From positions 36,580,001 to 36,644,000 of the forward strand of contig OZ024759.1 in NCBI GenBank assembly GCA_964016885.1: 64,000 nucleotides of DNA. The letters run 5' to 3'. The notes under the pieces were generated by a model. It was not told where the DNA came from. It ran no database searches and saw nothing but the letters and a program-made list of their open reading frames with translations. Below, in pieces: positions 1 to 12,103 of the stretch. Within the stretch, counting starts at the first letter, position 1. Every line of letters starts with the position of its first letter. The translations under genes were made by a program, and so were the position numbers. Source of the DNA: Eledone cirrhosa (lineage: Eukaryota).

Positions 1-668
1 GAAGGTGGTTTTTTTTTTATTTTTTTTTTTTTTTTACACTTGAACCCTTCTGTTGCCAAATTTCTAATTCAAGGGATTGCTTATGGTTTTCAAATGCTTT
101 GGAAAATATTCAAGAATTTGGAGGTGGTGTAGTAATTATTATTAAGCTTGTGTTTAAAATATAACTTATTTTCATAAATAGAATTTTGATGGAATATTTA
201 AAATCAAGTATAAACAACTGAAAATAAGCAGTTTTTTCTTTTCACAAATAATATACTTCCTTCCTGCTCACCACTATCGGGACACAGTTGGCCACCTACA
301 GAATTGAACCTTGCAAATTGGAAAGGCTATTTCAACACGTCTCCCTTGCTACCCTCTAGGTTAATGCTTTCTCCATTCTGTCTGCTAAGACCACAAGGTA
401 GCTTGTGCCTGGGGTTCTGCTTGCCAGAGAATGTTCTCTCACACCCTCTCGGTAGCATGGGTTAGACAAGTTGTCTTGTGAGCAATGCTAGGTCAGAGAT
501 TCTGGCTTGGTTTCTATAGCGGGATACCCTTTCTAATGCCAACGTCGTCTTACTAATCTAGATACAAAAGTATATTCCCAGAGTTAAAACTAGGAGTGTT
601 GGTATTTAACCAGATTGTGTACTCCAAGAATTACTTGTAATTTTCTGTGAATTGTTTTTGTCTTTCAG

Positions 669-783
669 CTGATGTCAATCTCATTCAACCACATGTTGGA
701 CACATGATCTCCTTTATAGAACATATAGCTCAAGATGAAGACCACAGCGATAGCAATATAGCAGCTTGTTGTGGTTTAATAGG
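669..783 (+). CDS. KPNB1: Importin subunit beta-1, internal coding exon (gene begins upstream of window)
   Basis: Flanked by tttcag| and |gtaagt. Translates [38 protein letters not shown], matching the recalled human KPNB1 C-terminal HEAT region ([38 protein letters not shown]). Confidence 0.93.
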
Positions 784-1769
784 GTAAGTTGACACATTTT
801 GGGGGAGCTGTAATATAGATGTTTGTGGTTTGATCCTTTCATGGCCGCCGCATTTCTAATGAATTACATTTTAATTGATTAATGAAGAATTTTGAGATTC
901 GCTGAAATTATTATTTCATAACTTAATGTAAGGTTCTTATATTGAATTATGTAGAAAGATTTTAACCCTTTAGCATTTAAACCGGCTGTATCCGGCCAGA
1001 ATTCTCACCTCTTTCTGTTCAACCAGCTGTAACCGGCAACTTATATTAAGGTATTGTTCTTAAAATAAATATCAATTTCAGATTCGATATGATGAGTTAT
1101 GTATGGTAAAACCTTTAATATGGAAATATATAGAGTAATGTAAATGTTAAAGTGTTAATTTAAATTGGAAACTTTTAAAATGGGTGATTTTTATTTCATA
1201 GAACCAGGGCCGTTTTTGGCTGGGTTGGTAAAAGGTTAAAATAAATAAACAGCAGAATCAAATATTGATGCACTTTCGTATCATTTTCTCTTGACAATAG
1301 AAATTTTACCTCTAAGTGATTTGCAACACTTCATGATCATAGAATAGAGGCTATGGAATATTCAACCGTTCATTAAAAATAAAGAACACAAAACAAAATC
1401 ATCGTTTAACGTTCATCTTCCACGCTAATATGGTTAGGACAGGCTGTCCCTTTGTGAGAGATCAGGTCAGGGGACCGTGATTCGCTCACATAGAACTGAT
1501 TTTGGCTTGGTTTCTACGGCTGGATGCCTCTCCTAATGCCAACCACATCAGTCTGTGCTGGGTGCTTTTTGATCACTTTTGGTAGAGGTTCGAATTTTAC
1601 TGAAAGTGCATTTCTGGGATGTTTCAATGTTGCCTTTACTTATTACTGGTTCATATCCCCTCGATGAAGGCCGCAGGCTAATTAGCAGAATTGTTAGATC
1701 GTTTGATATGATGCTTTGCTGTATTAATTACCAAATTTGACTGGATTTTTATTTTTTTTTGTCTTGCAG

Positions 1770-1928
1770 TGATCTCTGTGCTGCATTTGGTGCTGCCATG
1801 GTGCCATTTGTTGATAAGGAATCCATACAAGCTCTGTTAACGAAAGGTCGACGCTCTAAGGTATCTAAAGCGAAAACACTAGCAAGTTGGGCAACTAAGG
1901 AGATAAGGAAATTAAAGAATGCATCTTG
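1770..1928 (+). CDS. KPNB1: Importin subunit beta-1, last major coding exon
   Basis: Flanked by ttgcag| and |gtaagt; phase matches the previous exon (GG|T). Encodes [52 protein letters not shown], matching the KPNB1 C-terminus ([24 protein letters not shown]). Confidence 0.93.
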
Positions 1929-1955
1929 GTAAGTTATTATTTTGAAATAATCCTG

Positions 1956-1994
<39 letters not shown>

Positions 1995-2014
1995 CACTCA
2001 TCACGTGAATAAAT

Positions 2015-2590
2015 ATCATCATTTTACGTCCACTTTTCCCTGCTTGCAAGGGTGGGACGAGTCCTCATCACAGTATTTCTCCATTTGTCACGGTCCCTCA
2101 TCATCTCCTTTGTGAACTTCAGTGATCTGAGGTCAGCTCTCACCACCTCCGCCCATGTTTTTTCATGGTCCACCTCTACTGCATCTTCTTTCCACTAGGA
2201 TTACTTGGCACTTCTTCATACATCGGCCATCATCCATGTGTATCACATGTCCATACCAATGCAGTCTTCTCACTACAGTTTATTCCTTATAGTTTCACTC
2301 TCAATTTGTTCATGCACATTGGCATTGCACATCCATCTGAATATGCTTGCTTCATTTCTCTCCAGCCTTCGCATATCCTCCGCAGTTGCTGCCCATGTCT
2401 CACTACCATGCAGCATTGCATATCTCACACATCATACAATCGACGTTTCGTAGGGAGAAACCCTTCAACAGGGGAAGCAGTTCCCTAAACTTCTTCCATC
2501 CTGTCCTTATTCTAGATACTATGGCCTCAGAGCATCCTCCTCCCTTGCTAATCTGATCACCTAGGTACCAGAAGCTATCAACTTCTGTTT
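2015..2590 (-). mobile_element. RTE-clade LINE 3' fragment in KPNB1 intron
   Basis: Minus strand encodes decayed FWYLGDQISKGGGCSEAIVSRIRTGWKKFRELLPLL. Ends in the family terminus cccacccttgcaagcagggaaaa..gacgtaaaatgatga, as do the copies at 45685 and 61170. Confidence 0.85.
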
Positions 2591-2667
2591 AAAAAATGTG
2601 CCTATCACTGACACTTCTACTGTATCATCACATCTGAATAAATATATTGATGTTGTATTGATACTTA

Positions 2668-2704
<37 letters not shown>

Positions 2705-3028
2705 CCAGAGCTGCTGAACTGCCTGGAATGGTCGAATGAGAATAGGACCAGAGGTCTAAAGTCGTCAAAGGTGACGGCAGTCTCAACTCGTTTGAATGAG
2801 TGTGAGCGTGAGTGAAATCATCTCATCAAACTGTCACAATCCCCGGCAGGCACCTACCTCCCCCTTGACAAGGGGCAGTCAAAATACCCCCCAGACCCTC
2901 CCTGCTCTGCTACCAATATAATAATATGGCTTAGAAACCAGGCCAATAATATAAGTTGAATGTTAGGGATCTATAATAGGTGAAACTATCTCTACCCGGC
3001 TCTCATATATTTGGGACTTAAAGGAAAA

Positions 3029-3066
<38 letters not shown>

Positions 3067-3799
3067 CTATATAATTTTGATACCATTATTATTATATTAT
3101 TGTAATTCGAAATTGTTTACTTTTTTAAATCTCCCCCCCCCCCCCCCCCATTCCCTTATACACTTGTTAGGGTCCATCGCTCTGATGCTGTTGTTAATGT
3201 TGTTGGCCCTTTCTTAAAGGGGTATCTCGATGTAAAATAAAATGTTTCAACAACTGAGAGAAAAAAGTTTGGGGAGAGGGGACTGAAATTAGGGACGACC
3301 TTTCCCCCCTCTAATCACCCCCCCCCCCCCCCTCCCTAAAAAAAACACTGGCTGCATTAAAGTTTCTTTATCCACATCCCATTTTTTTTTCTTGTTGAAT
3401 CTGAGATTCAGTTGCTCATTATTATTATTAGTATTATTCCAAAGAAATCATTACCTCTTCAGTTACCCCGTTTTATTATTATTATTATTATTATCCCTAT
3501 ATATATGCCATTGTATAGTGGATGTTGAGAATTATTTCCCCCCTCCCTAGCTGTGTTGTCATGGTGACAGAAACAAGCTGCTGGAGGAGAAGAGGCAGCA
3601 GGGTGGAATGGAGAATCTAGAGAGTGGGGGGAGAGCAACACGTAGCAATTTATATTAAAAATTAAAAAAAATTAATTTGAAAACAAAAAAATTGCCGTCC
3701 CAAAATGTGTTAAACCTCTGCCACCAATTCTGTGATCCTCACCCTAGTCCTGACACAGGCGCCAAGGCATTGCTAATGAATGCATAAAGTGGTTATATA

Positions 3800-3830
<31 letters not shown>

Positions 3831-4638
3831 GCCTCATGTGTCATATTACCCTCATTTCAAAATGTTTTGAAGGGATTTTTTTTATTTGTTTTATGAAATT
3901 TCTCCCTTCTAATCCTTAATATTCCAAAATATGTCTGGCCTGAGACCTAACTTGATAGAAATTGGTCGGTCAGAGGGTACACCCAACGAAACCTGTTAGT
4001 TCTGGATTGTTCCTGCCATTTATGTATGTATATGTGTGTAATAAATATATATGTAAACACACACTGTAATATGTGTATATGTATATATAAATATATATAC
4101 ACGTATATACAGTGATATAATTATATATAATTATTTATATATACAGTGGTATGTTTTATATACACAGATATAATTATATATAATTATATATATATATATA
4201 TATGCACATATATACACACACACACACACACTGTATGTTTATATATATATATACAGTGGTATGTTTTATATACAAACAGTGATATAATTATATATATATA
4301 TATAAGCAGCGATATGTTATATACATAGGCAGTGATGTAATGTTATACAGAGTGACATAATGTTCAACTTAGAAAAAAAAATTGGTAGCTAGAGAAAGGT
4401 GCCTGCCCCCCAAAAGCAGCTGTGGAGGAGATTCGGTGTCGCCTGTGCCTTCAAACTGCTGCAGTACTACTCTATGTATTGCCATTACCTGCCAACTTGG
4501 ACTGCTGTATGTTTTAAAAATAAGTCAAGTCAGTTCTTGTCAGTTTACAAAAAACACAAAGCAACTACTATGAAAAACAAAAGGATTTTTAGAGGCTTGC
4601 CACATTAGGCTATATGCAAACGATGTGTGTATTTGTGC

Positions 4639-4678
<40 letters not shown>

Positions 4679-5140
4679 ACATATGTGTATGTGAGTGTGC
4701 ATGCTTGTATGTATGTATGTGTGTACTTGTGCACATGTATGTATATGTGTACATATGTGAGTGTGCGTGCTTGTAAGTATGTGTACATATATGTGTATGT
4801 GAGTGTGCATGCTTGTAATGTATGTATGTGTATTTGTGCACATGTATGTATACACATTTGTTGTGTGCGTCTCTGTGTGTGCACATATGCATCTGGGCAT
4901 GTACGTGTATCTACGTATATGTATGCGTGTACACACGATAAAAATTAATTCTTCTCGGTATTATCTCATTTAGAATCTGCTACTAGGTTTTGTTCTGGTC
5001 TGAAAGAAAGAAAAAATGAAGAGAAAAATACATGAGTAGGTATTAGAGAGGAATGGGTGGGGGCAAAAGGTTACAAAAAGAAAAATAGCCTAATGTTTGG
5101 TGGGGATGTGTATTTTGTTTTTGTTGTTTTTGTTTCCCTA

Positions 5141-5172
<32 letters not shown>

Positions 5173-5859
5173 GTTATCAAAAGCTTCAACTATCCTTATG
5201 AGTTGCCGATCCCCCCCTCCCCTCCCAATGACTATAGAGAGAATGTAATGAGAAAAGAACTTTTTGTTTGTTCGGTAGATCCCCACCTCCCCTTCCAAAG
5301 ATATATCCATGTGTGTGTGCATGTATGTAAGCGTCTTGAAATTGCATGTACCAAGCTTAAGGATTTAAAAGAATGGAAAGAAAAAAAATGGGACATAACA
5401 TAACATAATATAAAATATAAAAAAAATATAAATATATAGAATGTGGAATTTAAAACAAATAAATGAAAGACAAGAGAAGAAAAAGAGAAAGAATACCCAA
5501 CTGTTCAGACCTAATATTATGTTTATTAACTAACTTGAGGCTATTTGTAATTTAGTAAATTTAATTTTGATTTAAAACAAAAAACAAAAAAAAAAAACTG
5601 CTGCATTAAAAAAAAATTTGAAATTAAAAAAGTTTTTCTTTTTCAATTTACATTTAATTTTATTTTTTTTATTTTTTTATTTTTAAATTTTATTTTAGAT
5701 TTTGAAGCTTGGTACATGCAGCTTCCTTATTAAGCCTACAGCACAAGCTTAGCTGTGAAATACCTTTTTTACCCCAACTCTCCCTGTCCACTATTTTGTT
5801 TGTTTATTTTTAGTTTGTTTCTGTCTATGCCACATTTTGAAATAACTTGTTTTTACTTC

Positions 5860-6300
5860 TGTCTCTAACCCTTTTGTTACCATATTTCTAATGAAACACT
5901 GCCTATGGTTTTCAATTGATTTTGAAAATAATTGGGAATGTGGACGGATTTAGTTAATGTAACTAACTTTCCCATTTTGAAGCTGGTGTTTAAAACATAA
6001 CTTAAAGGTCCTTACTTAAAATTATGATGGAAGGTTTTAGATAAATATAAACACTGACCATATTTCTAATAGAAACTACTGCCTATGAAAAATCAAGAAT
6101 TTGGGAGGATTTAGTAATAATTTTCTCATAAAGTTGGTGTTTGGCACATAAATTCTCAAAGGATCTTGCATAAAATTGTGATGAAAGGGTTTAGATAAAT
6201 ATAAACACTAACCTTTTCGCTACCATATTTCTAATGTAAGAAACTATGATTTTGGACATAATCAAGAACTTGTAAAGATTTGGTATTATAACCTGAACTC
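5860..6300. repeat. Tandemly arranged fragments of a dispersed repeat (accatatttctaat...; probable DNA-transposon/MITE family)
   Basis: Motif recurs at ~5878, 6057 and 6221, and at ~45, 6860, 9875 and (reverse) 49000-49320. Confidence 0.55.
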
Positions 6301-6482
6301 ATAAGTCCCTATTGCATTAGCAAAACATTCTTGAAATCAGTAATACTGCAAATTTTTCTCTCCTTTAGTAAATTTACTGTAAACATTAAAGTTAAACCAC
6401 AAGCTGCAATATTAATGTAATTTTGAGGTGGAGTCAGCTGTATGACTAAGTGGCTGAGTATACCTAAGAGATGTCCTTTTAA

Positions 6483-6684
6483 CCCTTTAGCATTTACATT
6501 ACTCTATATTTACTATTGTATTTTCATGGTAAAAGCTTTATCTCATATCTCAAATCTTCTCAAGATTTTGATGACATTTATTTTGAGAATGTCTTAATGT
6601 GGGTATGAGTGGTTGGTTATGGCTAGTTTGAACAGAAGGGAGGGGGGGCTTTGCCCAGATACAGCCGGTTTAAATGCTAAAGGG
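6483..6684. mobile_element. piggyBac-type MITE
   Basis: TIR ccctttagcattt / aaatgctaaaggg with TTAA on both sides (6479-6482, 6685-6688). Related copies at 19149, ~965 and ~62000. Confidence 0.8.
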
Positions 6685-9150
6685 TTAAGAGCCACACAAC
6701 TCTCCCAAATTTATTAACTGAACTATGCTACAACAGTCTATATTGCAGCCTCACAACTCGACACTGTAAATATTTGAAAACACTCTGCTAAATCATTGCA
6801 GGGTGTTAAAGAACATAATGGAAGGTTTTTTTTAGTTAAATATGTAAATATAAACACTTGAACCCTTCCGTTATATTTCTAAAGAAATCCATCCACTGCC
6901 TACAATTTTCAAATAATTCTGAAAATAATGAATTTGGAGGGGCTTAGAAATAAACTTCCATATTATTGAGTTGCTGTTTGGAACATAACTTAATAAAGGT
7001 TCTTAAAGTTGGAAGGAATTTAGATAGTTATAAACACTTAAGCAGCTTTGTGTGAGAACAAAAGGGCAGTTTACAGCTGGTTCAGTATCAAAAGGGCTGT
7101 ATTTTTTTTAATATGTAAATTACAATTTATTTTACAAATGCTTTCAATGATTTCTAGAGTAAATATTTTCATTTCTTCTCCTAAATATTTTTTATTTCTA
7201 TTTATTTTTTTAAACACCACTCAGTTTCCTTACAAAATAGATGCGAAATGAAATTTAATTTTGTGGCAAAGAAGGAAAAAATTGAAAAAGAAAAAAAAAA
7301 ATGTATTAGATGGATTTGAACAGCCACTTAATGATTTAAAAAAAAAACTGGAAGAAAATTAAGAAAAAAAAACAAAAAAACAAAGCTGCCCCTGTGTTCA
7401 AGTATGTCCCATCCTATCTTTCCCCCTCTCTGCCCTACCCCTTCTTGGTTTTTAAAAGAAAATACAAATTATTGATGAGTTTTTCTGTTTGTTTCCTTTT
7501 TTTTCCTTTTTCCTAATGTTTTATTTTTCCAAGAAGTTGTGTGTTGTGTAAATCTGTAATAAACCAACAGATTGCTATTTTTGTCTCTTTAATTCTTTAT
7601 AGAATATCACCTTTAAAAAAAACCATTTTCATATATTGTTCTAACTTTCATGGTTTGCTCTCTTCCAGACCCTCTTTAGGATCTTAGGATATTCAACCTT
7701 TATGCGTCCATGACGGGCCAGTTGCCAGTTTTTGCGGCATAAAATGGAAACTGCAATATATTTTTAGGACAGGCCTCTCTACCTGAGGTCTGAATGTGGC
7801 CCTTGTTAACAAACAAGACGATGTCGTATGGTTCTTTGTTTTCCTCATATTGCAGTTTCAGTGGTCTTATTCACACCCATCACCAATCTGGTACTTTGTC
7901 AAACCCGTGAAAGCTAGGCTATTTTTTAAAAGGCGGCCTTTACTAGCCTTATCATAACTGTGTTGCTGGTCTAGCCGGAGGCTATTGTTTCTGACAGAAC
8001 CCGCTGGAAGGAGTTTGCGGACCCCCCCCCCCCCCCCTCTTTCAGGAATAAATGGGTGAAGAAGAAAAGTGTGTATATTGTCACCACTTAACGTCCATTT
8101 TCCGTGCCTGCATGGGTTTGACAGGTTGTCACATGAGGCTTGGCCAGTCAGGTGACATCTTGATCATGTTTTTCACTTGGTTTCTACAGCTGGATACCCT
8201 TCGTAACACCAGTCCATTTTACTGTAAATATTGTGTGTGCTGCACATTTTTATATATATATATATGCAGTTAAACCATCCAGTCCCTATAAGGTGGTAGT
8301 TCTGAGGCCATTATGAAATGCTTTCAGTACACCTACCATAAAGTGGTTGGCATTAGGGAAGACCTCCAGCTGTAAAAACCAACCTCAACGAAACGAACAA
8401 GATGTGGTCATCTGATGTATCTAACTTCAGTGGGACAATCATGCAAGCATAGAAAATCAACATAGTTATGGTGATGGGATTCTTCAACCTTCTTATTAGT
8501 GCTGGTGCCACCTTGATGGTCTGAATCTCCACTCCACTGAGTGCCTAACTTGAATTAATAACTCTGAAAAATAGATACTTTTTATACTTTTTATTAGAAA
8601 ATTATGAACTTTATTGACAAAGTCAACCTTTAGTCTTTCCATTGCTGATACTATCTCGGTCACAACTGACAAGAAAGGATAGAAGCTGATCGTTAGTATC
8701 AGCAATGGAAAGTTTCTTGGTCTGATCTATCTACTAGTTGCAATTCCTGCTAGAAGAAAGCTGATTGTCAGATCACTCAAAGGAAACAAAGTATCAGTAA
8801 TGGAAACAATCTGTTGATCACAACTCCTAGCAGAAGAAAAGAAAGGAGCTGATTGTTAGGTCACACCAAAGAAATGTTTACATTGATCTTTCCATTGCTG
8901 ATATTATCTGTCAGAAGAGGGGAGCTGATCATCAGACCAAGGAACCAATGTTTCCATTGATCTTTCCATTGCTGAGTCTAACAGTCGCACCTGAACTTCT
9001 CATAGTATTTGAACTCAGACATACAGCCAGATCAAATACTGGAAAACATCCTGTCTCATTCTTTACCAATCCACCATCCGTGTTGAACTTGCAGCTCAGG
9101 CAGCCAGAACGAATGCCACAAGTCATATTTAATCCGACTCTGCCAATGAA

Positions 9151-9543
9151 TTACAAAACTGATTTGATCTTATGAAGCAGATTTTGAACTTCCTCTTTGA
9201 ATTCCACTTGTTCTGTATGAAGCAAGCTCTCCAAGACATTTCTGAGTCTGTTTAGATCAAAGATGGAATGGCACTTGGTGTTGAAAGGAGTGAAATGATC
9301 CGACAACTCTGGATCAGGATCTAAACATTGTGACACCTCAGTTGGAGATTTGTTATGTATTCCTTCTTCTTTCTTCTCCTTTGCTTGTGATTCCTCTTCC
9401 ATATTAGGATGTTCAGCTTGGAGGCTGGTCTCGTCTTCAAAGCTGTCTGACTGGCTCAGAAGTTGGAGGCCTTTCGTCCCGATATTGTTGCAAAGTTGAA
9501 AGAAATCTCTGTAGTTTGAACCTGAGAGAGATTTCAGTATCAT
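9151..9543 (-). CDS. JMJD4: JmjC-domain hydroxylase JMJD4, exon 7 (terminal)
   Basis: Acceptor ccatcag|ATG. Encodes MILKSLSGSNYRDFFQL...FDLNRLRNVLESL...KSVL*; phase 0 with exon 6. Confidence 0.88.
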   Translation of the reverse strand: MILKSLSGSNYRDFFQLCNNIGTKGLQLLSQSDSFEDETSLQAEHPNMEEESQAKEKKEEGIHNKSPTEVSQCLDPDPELSDHFTPFNTKCHSIFDLNRLRNVLESLLHTEQVEFKEEVQNLLHKIKSVL

Positions 9544-9992
9544 CTGATGGAAGAAAAACAATATATATATAATAATAATTATGAAGACCAAAATCCAAAG
9601 AGGTCTCAATAAGGATTGTGTGTGTGTGTATATATATATATAAATGAAAGTTTGGTAAAATCGAAGCTTCGGCTGTAGCCAAGCCAATGAGAGACAATGA
9701 GGAATGTGCTGCCCAGCACTCGATATATAAACTTGAAGAGCAAATATTTATTATTAGCACAGATTAAAGTTTAAGCAAAGAATTTCTGCTTTCACCTTAT
9801 TACGGGAACTTCTGAAACTATATATATCATCATTTTACATCTGCTTTTCCATGCTTGTGTGAAAGTTACACTATTTCTAATGAAAATCGCTACCTGTGAT
9901 TTTCAAATAATTTTGAAAATAATCAAGAATTTGGAGGGATTTCTCATTAAGTTGTGTTGTATAATGAAGGTAGATTTGTTAGACTTACACAC

Positions 9993-10136
9993 CTGGCATT
10001 GCTGGATCCAACCTTCCATATCTTGACAATCGGAGATTTCATTTTCAACATCCTTCAAGTTTCTCTGGAGAAAGTTCCAGTTCAGATCCACACAACAACC
10101 ATTCAGCCAGTTGTGGTTAATAGAAATGGTGTTTTC
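9993..10136 (-). CDS. JMJD4: JMJD4 exon 6
   Basis: Flanked by ctacag| and |gtgtgt. Encodes ENTISINHNWLNGCCVDLNWNFLQRNLKDVENEISDCQDMEGWIQQCQ (conserved TISINHNW). Confidence 0.92.
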
Positions 10137-10296
10137 CTGTAGAGAACATGTCACTATATATTAGTCACTATATATTAGATAGAAATGGTATCTTCCTGTA
10201 GAGAACATGTCACTATATATTAGATAGAAATGGTGTCTTTCTGTAGAGAACATGTCCACTATATATTAGAAATGTTCTTTAAAGACCTGTACTTAC

Positions 10297-10478
10297 CAAA
10301 TTCCACACTTGATGATGCCATCCACTGGGAACAAATATAATTTCTCCAGGATTCTGGATAACTTTATATCTCTGTGAGAGTTTCTGATAATTTGGGTAGA
10401 GCTGTGGATTGTTAAGTTCCTCGGATGTCACATCAAATACCAAATTACCAAACCTGTCACGCAGATACATTTCTTCAC
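10297..10478 (-). CDS. JMJD4: JMJD4 exon 5
   Basis: Flanked by tttag| and |gtaagt. Encodes GEEMYLRDRFGNLVFDV...QNPGEIIFVPSGWHHQVWNL, with the distal Fe-binding His. Confidence 0.93.
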
Positions 10479-10585
10479 CTAAACAAATAGATGGGCAAAA
10501 TAATAAAAGGATGGTAGTGGTGGTGGTTATGTATGTATGAGTATATGTATTTCTGTATGTGTGTAGAGGAAGCAGTTTACAGTAC

Positions 10586-10671
10586 CAGGTGGAAACAATA
10601 GCCATTGTTTCTGTCCACAGATATTTGCTGACCAACTGTAGGAGTGGAGGACATCAGCATGGAAAGGTGTC
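10586..10671 (-). CDS. JMJD4: JMJD4 exon 4
   Basis: Flanked by tttcag| and |gtactg. Encodes WTPFHADVLHSYSWSANICGQKQWLLFPPG, with the HxD iron motif. Confidence 0.93.
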
Positions 10672-11465
10672 CTGAAAGAATAACCAATACATTTGGTCAT
10701 AAATTATGACCTCCATATAAGTGATGGTATGTGTATTTAGGTTTCTTAGAAATGAGGTGTTAAACTATCACATGGTCTACAGGACAGGTGCAATGTGCCT
10801 GAACTCCCACTGTCATTGCCTACATTTCTCTTGCCATCCACATCTCTCTCTAAATGGGGTCCCACAAACTGGCCACTCAACAGCCCCAGTGAACAAAATG
10901 GAGATTGTGGTGGTGTTTCTCACAATACACTGTCTCATTTTTGTTGCAATAAATTTCTAAAGAAAAAAATGATTGGGTATGGCTGGTCTGGCTTGGTGGA
11001 ATCAGTCAGATGAATTGGTGGCAGTTGCTTCTGTGAGGACCTGCTGGAAGGAGTGTTAGAGGACTCTGTCCCCATGACCCTCTCGGGAATAAGTGGGAGG
11101 AGAAGAAGAATCAAAGCAAGATGGTTGGATAACCTCCAAGAGCTTGGCTGGTCTCGCTTAGGGATCCAGTCGGATCAATTGGAGACAGTTGATTCTGATA
11201 GAAGTCACTGAAAAGAATGTTTGAGGAATAAGTGGGAAGAGAAGAATTTAGAGAGATTGAGAAAAATAACTAAATATTGGAGAGCTCATAACACAGATGA
11301 TAGAGAATGCTGGAAGGACTAAAGACCTGGAAAACCTGGAGGTTGGCATAGACTGATAAAAGTTAAGAATTAATATATATATTGGTATATTAAGATTGTC
11401 TTTGGAACATAGCTTAACAAAGGACTAGATTTGTTGAAACAATGTAATATCAGGGTGTATCTTAC

Positions 11466-11597
11466 CAAGATCCCTTCGGCCCCATGTAGACAAAGCGGTA
11501 GTCATCTTTAGAGGAATCCCCTGTATCCCAAAACTCGTTGAGCCAATCAGAAGTGAAGTACTCTGGGGTCTCATAAGCTGAGTATTCTGGGAAACTT
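11466..11597 (-). CDS. JMJD4: JMJD4 exon 3
   Basis: Flanked by tttcag| and |gtaaga. Encodes SFPEYSAYETPEYFTSDWLNEFWDTGDSSKDDYRFVYMGPKGS. Confidence 0.93.
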
Positions 11598-11937
11598 CTG
11601 AAACAAGTGTAGAAAATCTGTTGTGAAACTGAAATATAAAATTCTGAATAATTATAAATACACTGCTGTTACTACTACTGCTGCTGTTGTTGTTGTTGTT
11701 ACAGTTGCTGCCACCACTACAACTGCTGTTGCTTGCAACACACCTAGAGATTATGTTGTAACACATTAAAGTGTCACAACACACCTAGATATCATGTGTA
11801 ACACACTAAACTGTTACAACATACCTAGATATTATGTGTAACACACTAAAGTATCACAACACAGTTTGGACATTTCTACTTTAGAAATTCACCAAGTCTA
11901 AATCTCCTCTGAGTATAAAATGAAGGAGGTTTCTTAC

Positions 11938-12103
11938 CTTACAAAATGCCAGTCTTTGAGATAAAGACATTGACTGTCAACAGGGTAGTCATTGGTAATG
12001 TAGTCTTGCCAATATTTTATATAATCAGAGAATAACCATTCTTCTTTAGGGTGGGAATCAAATTGTTTTTTATCACAAATTGCTACTGGTACTTTAGCAG
12101 TTC
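11938..12103 (-). CDS. JMJD4: JMJD4 exon 2
   Basis: Flanked by ttgcag| and |gtaaga. Encodes GTAKVPVAICDKKQFDSHPKEEWLFSDYIKYWQDY...CLYLKDWHFVR. Confidence 0.93.

Larger units (their letters stand above)
2709..7580 (+). other. KPNB1: Probable terminal exon / 3' UTR of KPNB1 (first base completes TG|A stop; 3' end uncertain)
   Basis: Long poly-T tract then ccag| at 2708. Candidate AATAAA at 7558-7563 followed by T-rich sequence; earlier AATAAA sites also exist. Confidence 0.5.
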
